Source of the DNA: the human T2T-CHM13v2.0 reference genome, Homo sapiens
Length of the DNA: 64,000 bases
Assembly: GCF_009914755.1 (NCBI RefSeq)
Contig: NC_060930.1
Direction: 5' to 3' (one strand)
The position numbers and the translations under genes are program-made. Below the pieces are notes generated by a model that saw only the letters and a program-made list of their open reading frames with translations, was not told where the DNA came from and made no database searches. How positions within the stretch are numbered: the stretch's first letter is position 1; every line of letters begins with the position of its first letter. This document shows, in pieces, positions 27,229-41,093 of this stretch.

Positions 27229-29049
27229 GCTGTATCAGATTATTTAATTCCCAAGAACTCTGTTTATGTTCTCAGTGCTATGGCTATGACATTTGACATT
27301 AGATTTATTTTTTTAGATTCCACAAGGATCTCCATATATTTATTCCTGCAGAGTTATGGGAAGTTTATATAAAACATTGTGGGCAATGATATTATTGTCG
27401 TTGTCCCGATATGCCACAAAGTTTCATAACTGTCATTGAGGATTTACCTGACAAGTTATTTAAAAAATGCCTTTATACCATCTAAATGGTCACAGTTGCT
27501 ACAGTGACAAATGTCATCTGTCCTCAATATATATTTTTCTAAATCTCCAAAGAGTAACATCTGAACAATAAAGAAAAGGATTAAAATCTCATAGAGATAT
27601 TATATTCTTGGAATAAGCTCTATTTTTCTTACTGAAGAGTTTGCAATGGACTGGAGAAATTCAAAATATTTTATTAACAGATTTTTTCCCCTTTTTATGA
27701 GTATTACCGTGTTCAATTTCTGGAGTTTTCATCCCTGAGTCAGTAAGTCACCATAAACAAAAGCAATTGAATTTGGATTTAAGAAATACCACTATCCATC
27801 TTAAGCAAACTAGAAATTTAGCAAAACTTTTAGACTCTGCTATGATTTATTATGTAACCTTGGAGATTTTTAATATGACTTTAATTTTTTTTTTTTTTGC
27901 AATCTGACCCTTCTCTCAGTTGTATTGTCCTATGTGTTTCCTGATCTCTCAAAGGGAGGTGATCTAGATTAATGAGTTTGAACTCCACAGATTAATATTC
28001 TACAACAGCAATCATTTTTTCAATTGGTATTATTTCACTATTTCAATTTTCTGCAAACACTTGGGACACATACTAACCTAGAGGGATGACAAACTATAAG
28101 ATTAAGCTAGAGCAGCAATGATGTAAATTTTCACACAACCTTCAGAAATATGAGTATCAATTTCTTTAGGATTAGACCAAAGACAAGCTGACCGTTGCCA
28201 AGGAAAAAAGACAATTTATTCTTTAGAGGATCTTTCAAAGTTCTTTCCCTAAAGCCTGCCCGCTAACTAAAATCATGCCCATGAGATAAAGGAAGCCAGT
28301 AACATACATTCCACGGAAGTACAGAATATTTATCAAAGTTTGATGAAAGAGAATAGTACTATTTTTTTAACACAGCATTGGTAATGCAAATTAGTTGAGG
28401 AGAGTGGTGTTTTAACTGTTACAGTCTTTCATAGAATGAGGATTTGCTAAACTTGAACATGCATTCTAGAAATGTAGGTAGATTGTTGTTGTTGAAAAGA
28501 AAATGAACAATTTCAGCAGTTATAATACATGGTGAAACAACTTTATATTGATTAATAATACCCATTATTGAAGATATAATAAAGACTCTTTATAATAATA
28601 CGTGTATCTTTAGGAAAAAAACCCTGAAAACTGGGGCTTTCGTCATCTGTCTTCAAAGTTTCAGGTGCTATAACCATGTCCTAGAATAGTAGCAGTAGAA
28701 ACAGTAATAATGATCTGAAGTAGCAGGTAATATTCTACCAAATAATTTTAATCATTTGTACATAGTAACTTGTAAATGGAACAAAATACTCATCTTTAGA
28801 AAACAACATTAACAAGTAATATTTATCATATGTCTACGAGGCTATAAGCATATACCAAATGCTTATAAGTAGGAAGTTTATTTCTTACTTATATACATTG
28901 CCTTTTTTCATCCTCACAGTACTGAAGTACAGAAAGATAAACTTCTCAAAAGTACAATTAATTTACTGAGATTTGATCAAAGAGAAATTTGATGACTTTT
29001 TCTTCAACACAACATTGTACAGTATAATTTTACTGTTTTATAATAAAAC

Positions 29050-29190
29050 AATGTTACTATCTTCATTACAAATACATATTAGAAAGGTTAACAATTTACT
29101 CACAATCATAGAGTAATAAGAATGGTTTAGCAAACATTTGAATGGAGACCATCTGACCAGAGAGTTAAGTTCTTAACTATCACATGATCT
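29050..29190 (-). mobile_element. MIR fragment
   Basis: agaaaggttaacaatttactcacaatcatagag...atctgaccagagagttaagttcttaac. Confidence 0.5.
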
Positions 29191-29834
29191 GACCATATGA
29201 ATATTCATTACAATAAAAACACTCTGAACAGTTGTTTGGCCAATATTCTCAAGGCAAAAATAGAAAAAAAATGATACTGCTAGAGGCTTTTAAAGGCAAC
29301 CTTTGGGTTTCTATTGACCGTTTACTGAGCTCTTCGGGTATAAATATCATTTAAGTCATTTCATTAGCATGCATTTGTAATCTACTGTATACTGCAGATT
29401 TCCAGGAATGCACAATAGAATGAAAAAGCAAAGTATAGAAAAATAAGTTGAAAAATTGTGATTTAATATTTAAGTAATGGTTAAATGGCAGTAAAAGCAC
29501 TGTCAAGAGAAATCGAAGACTTAATTCCCCATTAAATGATACAACAAATTTAATATCATCCACAGACTGAAGAGAGTTCATCAGATATGTTGGAGAAGAA
29601 AATAATTTACATAAGATACAGTCGAAAGAATGCATAACACTTGAAAAGAGATAGAGAACTGGAATACTATTACTTGTAAGAGAAGTTGCATATGGCAATA
29701 TGTAATCTACAATAAAAATTTAACAGAGCATTTTAATTTCTGTTACGCCCATCAGTTAATTTTTACATGCTGATAAAAAAAAATGACAAATATATCTTTT
29801 GAAAGGTACTTTTGAATTAAAAAAGGTACAAAGT

Positions 29835-30220
<386 letters not shown>

Positions 30221-30414
30221 TTACTTCTTGCCTAGGGATAAGAGAAAAATAAATGCTTCAGAATGGCTTGTAATCTTTGATTTTACATAGAACAGAAAGA
30301 AAAAAATGCAATGGCTTTTGTTCCTAGGTCTCATATAAATGTCCGACTTGTTAACAACAATCCATAAATACAAATTAATAGGCAGGCATGGTGTTCAACT
30401 ATTCCTATCAAAGC

Positions 30415-30416
<2 letters not shown>

Positions 30417-30458
<42 letters not shown>

Positions 30459-30460
30459 AC
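30417..30460. repeat. (CA)n microsatellite
   Basis: Seen directly. Confidence 0.95.
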
Positions 30461-30679
30461 AAAGTTAAGATAAGTTTAATACTGTTGTAGAATTAACAGT
30501 GAAAAAATGGAGGCATTTTCTAAACTATAGGATTAATATATAGAAGAATATCATCATGGAAGAAAGTAAAATAAATAAAATTTTTAAATAGTTTCACTAT
30601 TTTGAATAATGAATTATGCATTGGAAAACAAACTTTGAGAATGTGATGCAACATGATAAATTTAAAACATTAATACAAT

Positions 30680-31275
30680 TCATTAAATAAAGGTTTATTG
30701 ATAGGTTCTCTTGCACACCAACATGCTAGATCCCAGAAACATATGGATGGACATTGAAAAAACCTTTTCCCTTAAGTAGTTTATAATTTGATGAGGAAAA
30801 TAGTCATATATCCCCTTTAAAAAATCAAATCAGATATTAACACTGTTCTTATAACAATAGATGATAATGAAATTTAAATGATTTGGAAGTGACCTTTGAA
30901 CTTTATGGTTTAGAAAGATGTCAAAAGGCACAAAGCAGGAAGGAAGGAGAAAGTACCATGAGACAACAGTGAGGAGTACTCAAAAGAGCAAGTATGTAGA
31001 ATGCACTTAACTTCTGAAAACCCAGATTTAAACATCTTTGTAAGGAGTGTTCAGTGGAACTGTTGAAAACATAATTTGGGGATAAAGTTAATGTAAACAT
31101 AAAAATATAGCGTAGTTTAAAATACAATTATATGAGTGAAATTATTGTATCTTTATTTTAGAAAAATAACTCTAGAAACCTCATGGAGGACAGATTATAT
31201 CAGAGGAAGGCTTAAGTTTGGAACAGCAGTGAGGAACTTTTGCTTTATCCAGGGGGTAAATGTACACAGTCTGAA
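30680..31275 (-). mobile_element. L2 relic (host of MER50)
   Basis: Degenerate L2 antisense 3' motifs (tttattgataggttctc...cttaagtagtttataatttgatgagg). Confidence 0.45.
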
Positions 31276-31279
31276 CTAT

Positions 31280-32109
31280 TGATACAGACAGGAGACAGGG
31301 AAATACTGGGTAGAAGAGGGTGGTTCCCGGGCAAAGGCCCCACCCTCAAGCCTGGAAACTTGCGGCCCTAAATGAGAACAGGCATTCCTGTTTTCATGCC
31401 CAAAAGTTGCCTTTTGGCCCACCAACCCCTGCATCCTGTACCCATATAAACTCCAAACCCCCAGCTTCACAAGCAGACGAGGAGATGAACAGAAGAGCAG
31501 AAGAACAGCAGCAGAGTGCAGCAGAGGGAAGGAATCGAGCATCTGAACATCCGGAGGAGTTCAGCTGGCGATGGTTACAGAGAAGATCAGCTACTGGATG
31601 GCCAAACTCCAGGGGAATATCATCTTCTCATGGTCAAATGCCAGGGGAAGATCATCTTCTCACTCCATCCCCCTTCCTGCTCCCCATCCATCCCGCTGAC
31701 AGCCACCTCTACCACTCACTAAAAACCCTGCATTGACCCTTCAAGTCCGTATATGACCCAGTTCTTTCTGGACGCTGGACAAGGACCTGGATACCAAGAG
31801 GGTACTGAGCTGGTTAACACTTAAGCCACCCAGGACAGCAAGGCTAAAAGAGCGCACTGTAAAACACACCCACTTGGGCTTCGGGAGTTGCAGACACCCA
31901 CCCCTGGACACTGCCATGGAGCCGGAGCTCAGGGATGCTTGTCCGCGCTCCTGCACCTGCCAGTCTGCGTGCTTCCCTTCCCAAAAGCGGTTTAAGTGTG
32001 CACTGCAGTTTCCACTGAGAACAGATGAGCCACACCCCTTTTAACAGGAGTCCTCGAAGGACACCTGTCACACGTCCTTTGAGGAGGATCAAGGAACTCT
32101 CCTGTTTCA
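31280..32109 (+). mobile_element. MER50 ERV1 solo LTR with perfect 4-bp TSD CTAT
   Basis: Starts TGATACAGACAGGAGACAGGGAAATACTGGGTAGAAGAGGG and ends ctcctgtttCA; CTAT at 31276-31279 and 32110-32113; CATATAAA TATA at ~31443. Confidence 0.9.
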
Positions 32110-32249
32110 CTATGACACTAGAAGTCACAAAGTAAAGAAGACAGAGATAAAATGAGAATTCTCGTAAGATATAATTTTAAAGTAATGCCAATTAATTGAG
32201 TGAGTAGGCAAAAAAATATGTAATTAAAAATAAGGTCCTTGGTGAGCTG

Positions 32250-34437
32250 ATTTTCATCTGCAAATGGATGGAGTAGATGCAGTTTTCCCTGTTCCTCCCG
32301 CTAAGTACAACCAAAATCCCTAAACATTATAGGTAAAATAATAATGAGATTATTAATAAAGCAGATACAAACATTTATGCATATGTTTTTGCATGAACAC
32401 TTGTTAAACATAGCGCTAGAATTTCTAGCAGGTGCAAGAAAGAAACTAAAAGTCATAGAGATTCAAAGGGAAAAGATAAAACAATCCCTATTTGTAGGTG
32501 ACATTATTGTCTTCATAGAAAATCCTAAAGAGTCTATTAAAAAATCTAGAAGTAATACATGAGTCCCTCGAGGCTTCAGGATATATGATAAAGGTGAAAA
32601 AATAATTGTGTCTCTTTTATAATTGCAATGAATATGTGGACACAGAAATGATAATACAGTTTACAATATTTCTCCAACAAAATGAAATACTTAGGTGTAA
32701 ATCAAACAAAACATGTACAGTATTTATATGCTGAAAATGACACAACATTATGAGAAAAAAACAAACAAATAAATGGAGAGACATACCATGTTCAAGGATT
32801 GAAAGACTAACATAGCAAAGATGTTAACTGTGTTAAAATTGATTTATAAGCTTAATGCAATTTCTATAAAATTCCAGCAATAGGTTTTGTAGATATGTAC
32901 AATATTATCCTAAAGTTTACATGGAAAGACAGAACTAGTAAAGCTGAAGTAATTTTGAAAAAGAAAATAAAGTGTGAGAAATCAGTCTACTTGATTTCAA
33001 GTAAATATGTACCTACAGTAATCAAGACAGTGTTGTATCGGTGGAATAATATACACATAGATGAATGAAACAGAATAGGGAATCTAGAAATAGGCTGACA
33101 TAAATATGCCCAACTGATTTTTGACAAAGGTACAAAAGCAATTCAATGATGGCAAGACACACTTTTCCACAAGTCATGTGGAAACAATAGGACATCAATA
33201 AACAATAATTAATCTGACCTAAATTACACACCTCATACAAAAATTAACTAAAAATGGATTACAAACATAAATATGCAATTTAAGAGAGTAAAATTGTTAG
33301 AAAAACACATAGGAGAATGTCTTCGTTATCTAGGGCTTGGCAAAAATGTTCTTAGACTTGACACCAAAATTATGATCTATAAAAGAAAAAAAAGGTAAAT
33401 TTGATTCCATCAAAATTAAAAATATTTACTCTGTGATAGCTCCTGTCAAGTGGGATAAAAGACAAGCAAAAGAATGGGATACAATATTTTCAAATTATAT
33501 ATCAAAGAACTAGTATCTAGAATATATAAGGAACTCTCATAGGCAAACACACACAAAAGGACATTTATCTAAAGATGATAAGTTTCACATAACAACATGA
33601 AAAGTTGTTCAACTTCAATACTTCTTAGGAAATTGCAAATTAAACTTCAATGGGATATCATTATATACTTATCAGAATGGCAAAAGTGAAAAACAAATAA
33701 TGACAACCCTAAATCTTGGCCAGGATAGAAAGAAACAATCACTCATACATTGCTATTGGGAATAGAAAATGTTACAGCCACTATAGAAAACAGTTCGGCA
33801 GTTTAAAATATAACTATCACACAACCTAGCAATTGGACTCCTGGAAATGTTCCCAAAGAAACGAAGACTTATGTTCATGCAAATTTCTGTACACAAATGT
33901 TTATACCAGCTTTAATCATAATAGCACTAAATAACTCATGTGTTCTTCAGCAAGTGAATGGTCAAACAAAACATGGACTATTACTCAGCAATACCCTAGA
34001 ATATTATTCATTGGTAAAAGGAAGTGCATTGTCGAGCTGGCTGAATCTCCAGACAAGTATATGGTGTGAAAAATTCCATTCCAAAAGGTGAAATACTGTA
34101 GGATTCCATTCTTTGTAACATTCTTTAAATGACATAATTAGAGAAATGAATAACAGCTTATTGATTTCTAGAAATGAAGGGGGGATTGGGAGCAGGAGGG
34201 AAGCGAGTATGGCTATAAAAGGGCAACAGAAATGATCTTTTAGATAATAGACATGTTTTGTATATTGACTGTATTACTGTCAATATCTTAATTGTGATAA
34301 TGTGCTGTAGTTTTGTAAGTTATTACCATTGGGGTGTACTAGGTAATAAGTTAATAGTATTTCTCTATTTTTTCGCTGCATATTTCATACTACATATAAA
34401 CCTATAATTGTTTTCAAATAAAGGCTAATTTAAAAAT
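32250..34437 (+). mobile_element. L1MC/L1MD-type element: short 5'-end piece, then 3' ORF2 and 3'UTR
   Basis: RT-region relic (KIKQSLFVGDIIVFIENPKES); 3'UTR ttaccattgggg...ctataattgttttcaaataaagg. Confidence 0.8.
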
Positions 34438-34574
34438 ATAAATAACCTTTTTGTTTTTAAATTCCGGGGGTGAGCCAGGGGAGGGGTGTATGTAAAAGAA
34501 AATCCAGGAGAGAAACCAGTTTGAGGAAAATATGCAAGTTTTAAAAATATTGATTTTGAGCTGTCCAAGAGATT

Positions 34575-34895
34575 TTTTGCAGGTTGCATTCTTCTACAAG
34601 TGGATTCCAAAATGAATTAGTGATCAGGACATTTATTTTTTAGTCACCTTGGGATTACCAATTGTGACAGGAACAACAACAACAAAAAGCTTATTAAAGT
34701 TGTTTCATGTTGGGTGGAAATGGATGGCCAGGCCTGTATGACATTGATTCAATTCTTCATTGGATACAGGCTGCCTCAGGAAAGGCATACACATGGGTGA
34801 GGTGGCTATCTACAGCTGACCACATCACCCCAGCTAAGACAACAGGTGCTTCCTTCAAGCGGAATCCTGCTAGGACATCTTCAGTTGCAACACAA
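34575..34895 (-). mobile_element. LTR33/LTR41-like ERVL LTR relic
   Basis: gcaggttgcattc...caggacatttatt...cttgggattacc; cattggatacaggctgcctcagg. Confidence 0.4.
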
Positions 34896-36017
34896 CAGTC
34901 TTTTACCTAAATCTGAAATTCAGAACTGAGAGTCAAGGTAGAATTTGACCTTTATTTTGGAATCTGTTCTGTTATTCTCAGGAAACTACCTATGAGCTCA
35001 TCAAGAAAGACAATGTGGAGCCACATGCGGAGAGTAAACGTTCAGTATAGAAATATTGTACGTGTAAACAAGAAAAAGGAGTGGTATGTCATGATAATTT
35101 AGCACAGATAAACAACTTTTCAAAGAGGCCGCCCACAGAAACCAGTTTGGTGAGAAGTAAAAGCCTTTCTTCTAGAAGTTTAAAAATGAGAAAAAAAATA
35201 ATGAGAATAAACAAAAAGGGCCCTTTTCCCCCAAAATGCCAACTATACTTGTAATAAGTATATTTAATTTGATAGTCCGCGTGATAACAAGCCTAAATAT
35301 GCGGTTTAATTCCTGTTCTTTAGAGAAGAGTGTGGTGACTCTTAGGTAAGTTAAATAAATCTTATAGCCCAGACCACTAATAGCTGGCACAGCACTGCTG
35401 GGATTTGAACCATTTCTAGTTATTCCAAATTAATAATCTTCTGGCTCTGCAGCATCAGTTATCCTTATTCAAGCTGACAACGAATAACATATTTTACTTA
35501 CATACTTTCCAATGGAAAGGAATCATATTCTACTTTACTCTTTAAAAAGTCAACCATCCTTTCATTTACTTACTCAGAGCAGCAGAGTGTGAAAAAACCA
35601 TCAGAGAGATTTTAACAGTAGCATGCATAGTATAATAAACAGGTCTGTGCTAGGCTCATTAGCACTATCATCTCCAATATTCTCAATCACAAAGATGCAG
35701 AGTTAATATTATCTTTATATTATAGATGAGATAAAAGGCTTAAAAAGGACATCCTGGTTGATGGTATCATATCTTTAGATAAGCAGATGAAGGCAGACTC
35801 AAAGAAGAGGAAATTAAAGAGATAAAACATGCAAAAAATTCAGCATTTTATTTACTGTCAGTAACATTATATATACTTATATGGCATGGCAGTTTTAGTG
35901 TGGCCATGAGTTGATTTTTAAGTGGATCAATATTATATTTCTGAGATCCCATTTAACAATTATGTTTATTTTCTTCAGACCTGGGATATCTTCTTTACAA
36001 TGAAAAGAAACTAGTTG

Positions 36018-39000
36018 GGCTGTGAAGGTGGCCAAATAGGAACAGCTTCCAGTGAGATCAATGCAGAAGGTGGGTGATTTCTGCATTTCCAACTGAGGTA
36101 CACAGCTCATCTCACTGGGACTGGTTAGACAGTGGGTGCAGCCCACAGAGGGCGAGCCAAAACAGGGTGGGGGGTCGCCTCACTGTGGGAGCACAAGGGG
36201 TTGGGGAACTCCCTTCCCTAGCCAAGGGAAGCCGTGAGGGACTGCTGTAAGGGATGGTGCACTCTGGCCAAGATATTATGCTTTTCCCATGGTCTTTGCA
36301 ACCTGCAGACCAGGAGATTCCCTCAGGTGCCTATGCCACCAGGGCCCTAGGTTTCAAGCACAAAACTGGGCAGCCATTTGGGCAGACACCGAGTTAGCTG
36401 CAGGAGTTTTTTTATGCCCCAGTGACACCTGGAATGCCAGTGATACAGAACCATTCACTCTCCTGGAAAGGGGGCTGAAGCCAGGGAGCCAAGTGGTCTA
36501 GCTCAGCAGATCCCACCCCCAGGGAACCCAGCAAGCCAAGATCCACTGGCTTGAAATTCTCACTGCCAGCAAAGCAGTCTGAAGTCAACCTGGGATACTG
36601 GAGCTTGCTGAAGGGAGGGGCATCCACCATTACTGAGGCTTGAGTAGGTGGTTTTCCCCTCACAGTGTAAACAAAACTGAGGGGAAGTTTGAACGGTGCA
36701 GAGCCCACTGAAGCTTGGTAAAGACACTGTAGTCAGACTGCCTCTCTAGATTCCTCCTGTCAGGGCAGGGCATCTCTGAAAAAAAGGTAGCAGCCCCAGT
36801 TAGGAGCTTATGGATAAAACTCCCATCTCCCTGGGACAGAGCACCTGGGGGAAGGGGTGCCTGTGGGCACAGCTTCAGCAGACTTAAACATTCCTGCCTG
36901 ATGGCTCTGAAGAGAGCAGCAGATCTCCAAGCAGAGTTCTTGAGCTCTGCTAAGGGACAAACTGCCTCCTCAAGTGGGTCCCTGACCCCTGTGCCTCCTG
37001 ACTGGGAGACACCCCCTAGCAGGGATCGACAGACATCTTATACAGGAGAGCTCCGTATGGCATCTGTCAGGTAACCCTCTGGGATGAAGCTTCCAGAGGA
37101 AGGAACAGGCAGCAATATTTGCTGTTCTGCAGCCTCAGCTGGTGATATCCAGGCAAACAGGGTCTGAAGTGGACCCCCAGCAAACTCCAGCATACCTGAA
37201 GCAGAAGGGCCTGTAAGAAGGAAAACTAACAAACAGAAAGTAATAGCATCAACATCAATAAAAAAGTACGTCCACACAGAAACACCATCCAAAGGTCACC
37301 AATATCAAAGACCTAAGGTAGATAAATCCACAAAGATGAGGAAAAACCAGTGCAAAAAGGCTGAAAATTCCAAAAACAAGAATGCCTCTTCTTCTCCAAA
37401 AGATCACAACTCCTTGTTAGCAAGGGGAAAAAAAAAAACTAGACAGAGAATGAGTTTGAAGAATTGACAGAAGAGGATTCGGAAAGTGGGCAATAACAAA
37501 CTCTTCCAAGCTAAAGCAGCAAGGAAGCTAAGAACCTTGTAAAAAGGTTAGAGGAATTGCTAACTAGAATAACCAATTTAGAGAAGAGCATGAATGACCT
37601 CATGGAGCTGAAAAACACAGCGCAAAAACTTCATGAAGCATACACAAGTATCAATAGCCTTATCGATCAAGCAGAAGAAAGGATATCAGAGACTGAAGAT
37701 CAACTTAATGAAATAAACAGTGAAGACAAGATTAGAGAAAAAAGAATGAAAAGGAATGAACAAAGCCTCCAAGAAATATAGGACTATGTGAAAAGACCAA
37801 ACCTATGTTGGATTGGTGTACCTGAAAGTGACAGGGAGAATGGAACCAAGTTGGAAAACACTCTTCAGGATATTATTCAGGAGAACCTCACCAACCTAGC
37901 AAGACAGACTAACACTCAAATACACTAAAGCAGTGTTTAGAAGGAAATTTATAGCACTAAATGCCCACAGTAGAAAGTGGGAAAGATTTAAAATTGACAC
38001 CCTAACATCACAATTAAAAGAACTAGAGAAACAAGAGCACACAAATTCAAAAGCTAGCAGAAGACAAGAAGTAACTAAGATCAGAGCAGAACTGAAGGAG
38101 ACAGAGACATGAAAAACCCTTCAAATAATCAATGAATCCAGGAGCTGGTTTTTGGAAAAGATTAACAAAATAGACTGTTAGCTAGACTAATAAAGAAGAA
38201 AACAGAGAAGAATAAAATAAACACAATAAAAAATAATAAAGGGGATAATATCACCACTGATCCCACAGACATACAAACTACCATCAGAGAATATTATTAA
38301 CACCTCTATGCAAATAAACTGGAAAACCTAGAAAAAAATCGATAAATTCCTGGACACATACACACTCCCAAGACTAAACCAGGGAGAAGTCGAATCTCTA
38401 AATTGACCAAAAACAAGTTCTAAAATGGAGGCAGTAATTAATAGCCTACCAACAACAACAACAAAAAAAACCCAAGACCAGACGGATTCAGAGCTGACTT
38501 CTACCAGAGGTACAAAGAGAAGCTGGTAACATTCCTTCTGAAATGATTCTAAAAAATAGAAAAAGAGGGACTCCTTCCTAACTCATTTTATGAGGCCACC
38601 GTTATCCTGATACCAAAACCTGGCAGAGATCCAATAAAAAAGAAAATTTCAGGAAAATATCTCTGATGAACATCTATGTGAAAATCCTCAACAAAATTCT
38701 GGCAAAACAAATCCAGCAGCACATCAAAAAGCGCATCCATCACAATCAAGTCGGCTTCATCCCTAGGATGCAAGGCTGGTTCAACATACAGAAATCAATA
38801 AACATAATCCATCACATAAACAGAACCAATGACAAAAACCACATGATTATCTCAATAGATGAAGAAAAGGCCTTCAATTAAATTCAACGTCCCTTCATGC
38901 TAAAAACTTTCAATATACTAGGTATTGATAGAATGTATCTCAAAATGATAAGAGCTATTTATGATAAACCCAAAGCCAATATCATACTGAATGAGCAAAA

Positions 39001-41093
39001 CTGGAAGCATTCCCTTTGAAAACCAGCACAAGACGAAGATGTCATCTGTCAACACTCCTATTCAGCATAGTATTGAATGTTCTGGCCAGACAATCAAGCA
39101 AGAGAAAGAAATAAATGGTATTTGGATAGGAAGAGAGGAAGTCAAATTGTCTCCGTTTGCAGATGACATGATTATATATTTAGAAAACTCCATCGTGTCA
39201 GCCCAAAATCTCCTTAAGCTGATAAGCAACTTCACAAAATCTCCAGGATAAAAAAATCAATGTGCAAAAAACACAAGCATTCCTATACACCAATAATAGA
39301 CAGAGAGCCAAATCATGAGTGAACTCCCATTCACAATTGCTACTAAGAGAATAAAATACCTATGAAGACAACTTACAAGTAATGTGAATGACCTCTTCAA
39401 GAAAAACTACAAACCACTGCTCAAGGAAATGAGCGAGGACACAAACAAATAGAAAAACATTCCATGCTCATACACAGGAATAATCAATATCATGAAAATG
39501 ACCATACTGCCCAATGTGATTTATAGATTCAATGCTATCCCCATAAGCTACCATTGACTTTCTTCACAGAATTAGAAAAAAACTATTTTAAATTTCATAT
39601 GAAACCACAAAAGAGCTTGTACAGCCAAGACAATCCTAAGCCAAAGGAACAAAGCTGGAGACATCACGCTACCTGACTTCAAACTATACTACAAGCGTAC
39701 AGTAACCAAAACAGTATGGTACTGGTACAAAAATAGATATATAGACCAATGGAACAGAACAGAGGCCTCAGAAATAATGTCACACATCTACAACCATCTG
39801 ATCTTTGACAAACCTGACAAAAACAAGCAATGGGTAAAGAATTCCCAATTTAATAAATGGTATTGGGAAAACTGACTAGCCATATGCAGAAAACTGAAAC
39901 TGGACCCCTTCCTTACACCTTATACAAAAATTAACTCAAGATGGAGTAAAGAGTTAAAATTAAACATAAGGACCTACAACCATAAAAACCCTAGAAGAAA
40001 ACCTAGACAATACCACTCAGGACATAGGCGTGGGCAGAGACCATGACTAAAACACCAAAAGCAATGGCAACAAAAGCCAAAATTGACAAATGGGATCTAA
40101 TTAAACTAAAGAGTTTCTGCACAGCAAAAGAAACTATCATCAGAGTGAACAGGCAACCTATGGAATGGGAGAAAATTTTTGCAATCTATCCACCTGACAA
40201 AGGGCTAATGTCCAGAATCTACAAGGAACTTAAACAAATTTACAAGAGAAAAACAAACAACTCCATCAGAAAGTGGGTGAAGGATATGAAAAAGCACTTC
40301 TCAAAAGAAGACATTTATGAGGCCAACAAACATATGAAAAAAAGCTCATCATCACTCGTCATTAGAGAAACGCAAATCAAAACTACAATGAGATACCATC
40401 TCATGCCAGTGAGAATAGTAATCATTAAAAAGTCAGAAAACAACAGATGCTAGAGAAATAGGAATGCTTTTACACTGTTCTTGGGAGTGTAAATTAGTTC
40501 AACCATTGTGGAAGACAGTGTGGCAATTCCTCAAGGATCTAGAACTAGAAATACCATTTGACCCAGCCATCCCATTACTGAGTATATACCCAAAGCACTA
40601 TAAATCATTCTACTATAAAGACATATGCACATGTATGTTTATGGCAGCACTGTTCACAATAGCAAAGACTTGGAACCAACCCAAATGCCCATCAGTGATA
40701 GACTGGATAAAGAAAATGTGGCACAGATACACCATGGAATACCATGCAATCACAAAAAGGATGATTTCATGTCCTTTGCAGGGACATGGATGAAGCTGGA
40801 AACCATCATTCTCAGCAAACTAACACAAGAACAGAAAACCAAACACCATATGTATGTTCTCACTCATAAGTGGGAGTTGAACAATGAGAACACATGGATT
40901 CAGGGAGGGGAACATCACACACCAGGGCCTGTTGGGGGGTGGGAGTTAGGGGAGGGATAGCGTTAATAGAAATACCGAATGTAGATGACAGGTTGATGGG
41001 TGCAGGGAACCACCATGGCATGTGTATACCTATTTAACAAACCTGCACATTCTGCACATATATCCCCGAGCTTAAAGTATAAGAAGAAGAAAA
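36018..41093 (+). mobile_element. L1PA7/8, both ends present, ~1.4 kb internal deletion, 16-bp TSD
   Basis: 5'UTR ...ggccaaataggaacagc...; TSD GAAAAGAA(A/G)CTAGTTG at 36002-36017 and 41094-41109; ORF1 joins mid-ORF2 at ~37921; several frameshifted ORF2 fragments (SPFADDMI). Confidence 0.95.

Noticed and set aside
31276-32128. 138-aa and other ORFs in the GC-rich block
   Set aside because: All lie inside the MER50 LTR; stop-poor GC-rich sequence with no domain recognised.
35324-35352. 22-nt plus-strand micro-exon-like motif and other plus-strand splice motifs (51572, 59430)
   Set aside because: Isolated and partly within MIR relics; they show the background pseudo-exon rate that tempers the minus-strand model.
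40934-40957. G-quadruplex motif
   Set aside because: A normal, well-known L1PA 3'UTR G-tract.
37557-40960. L1 ORF1/ORF2 peptide fragments
   Set aside because: Multiple stops and frameshifts and a deleted EN domain; non-functional relics.
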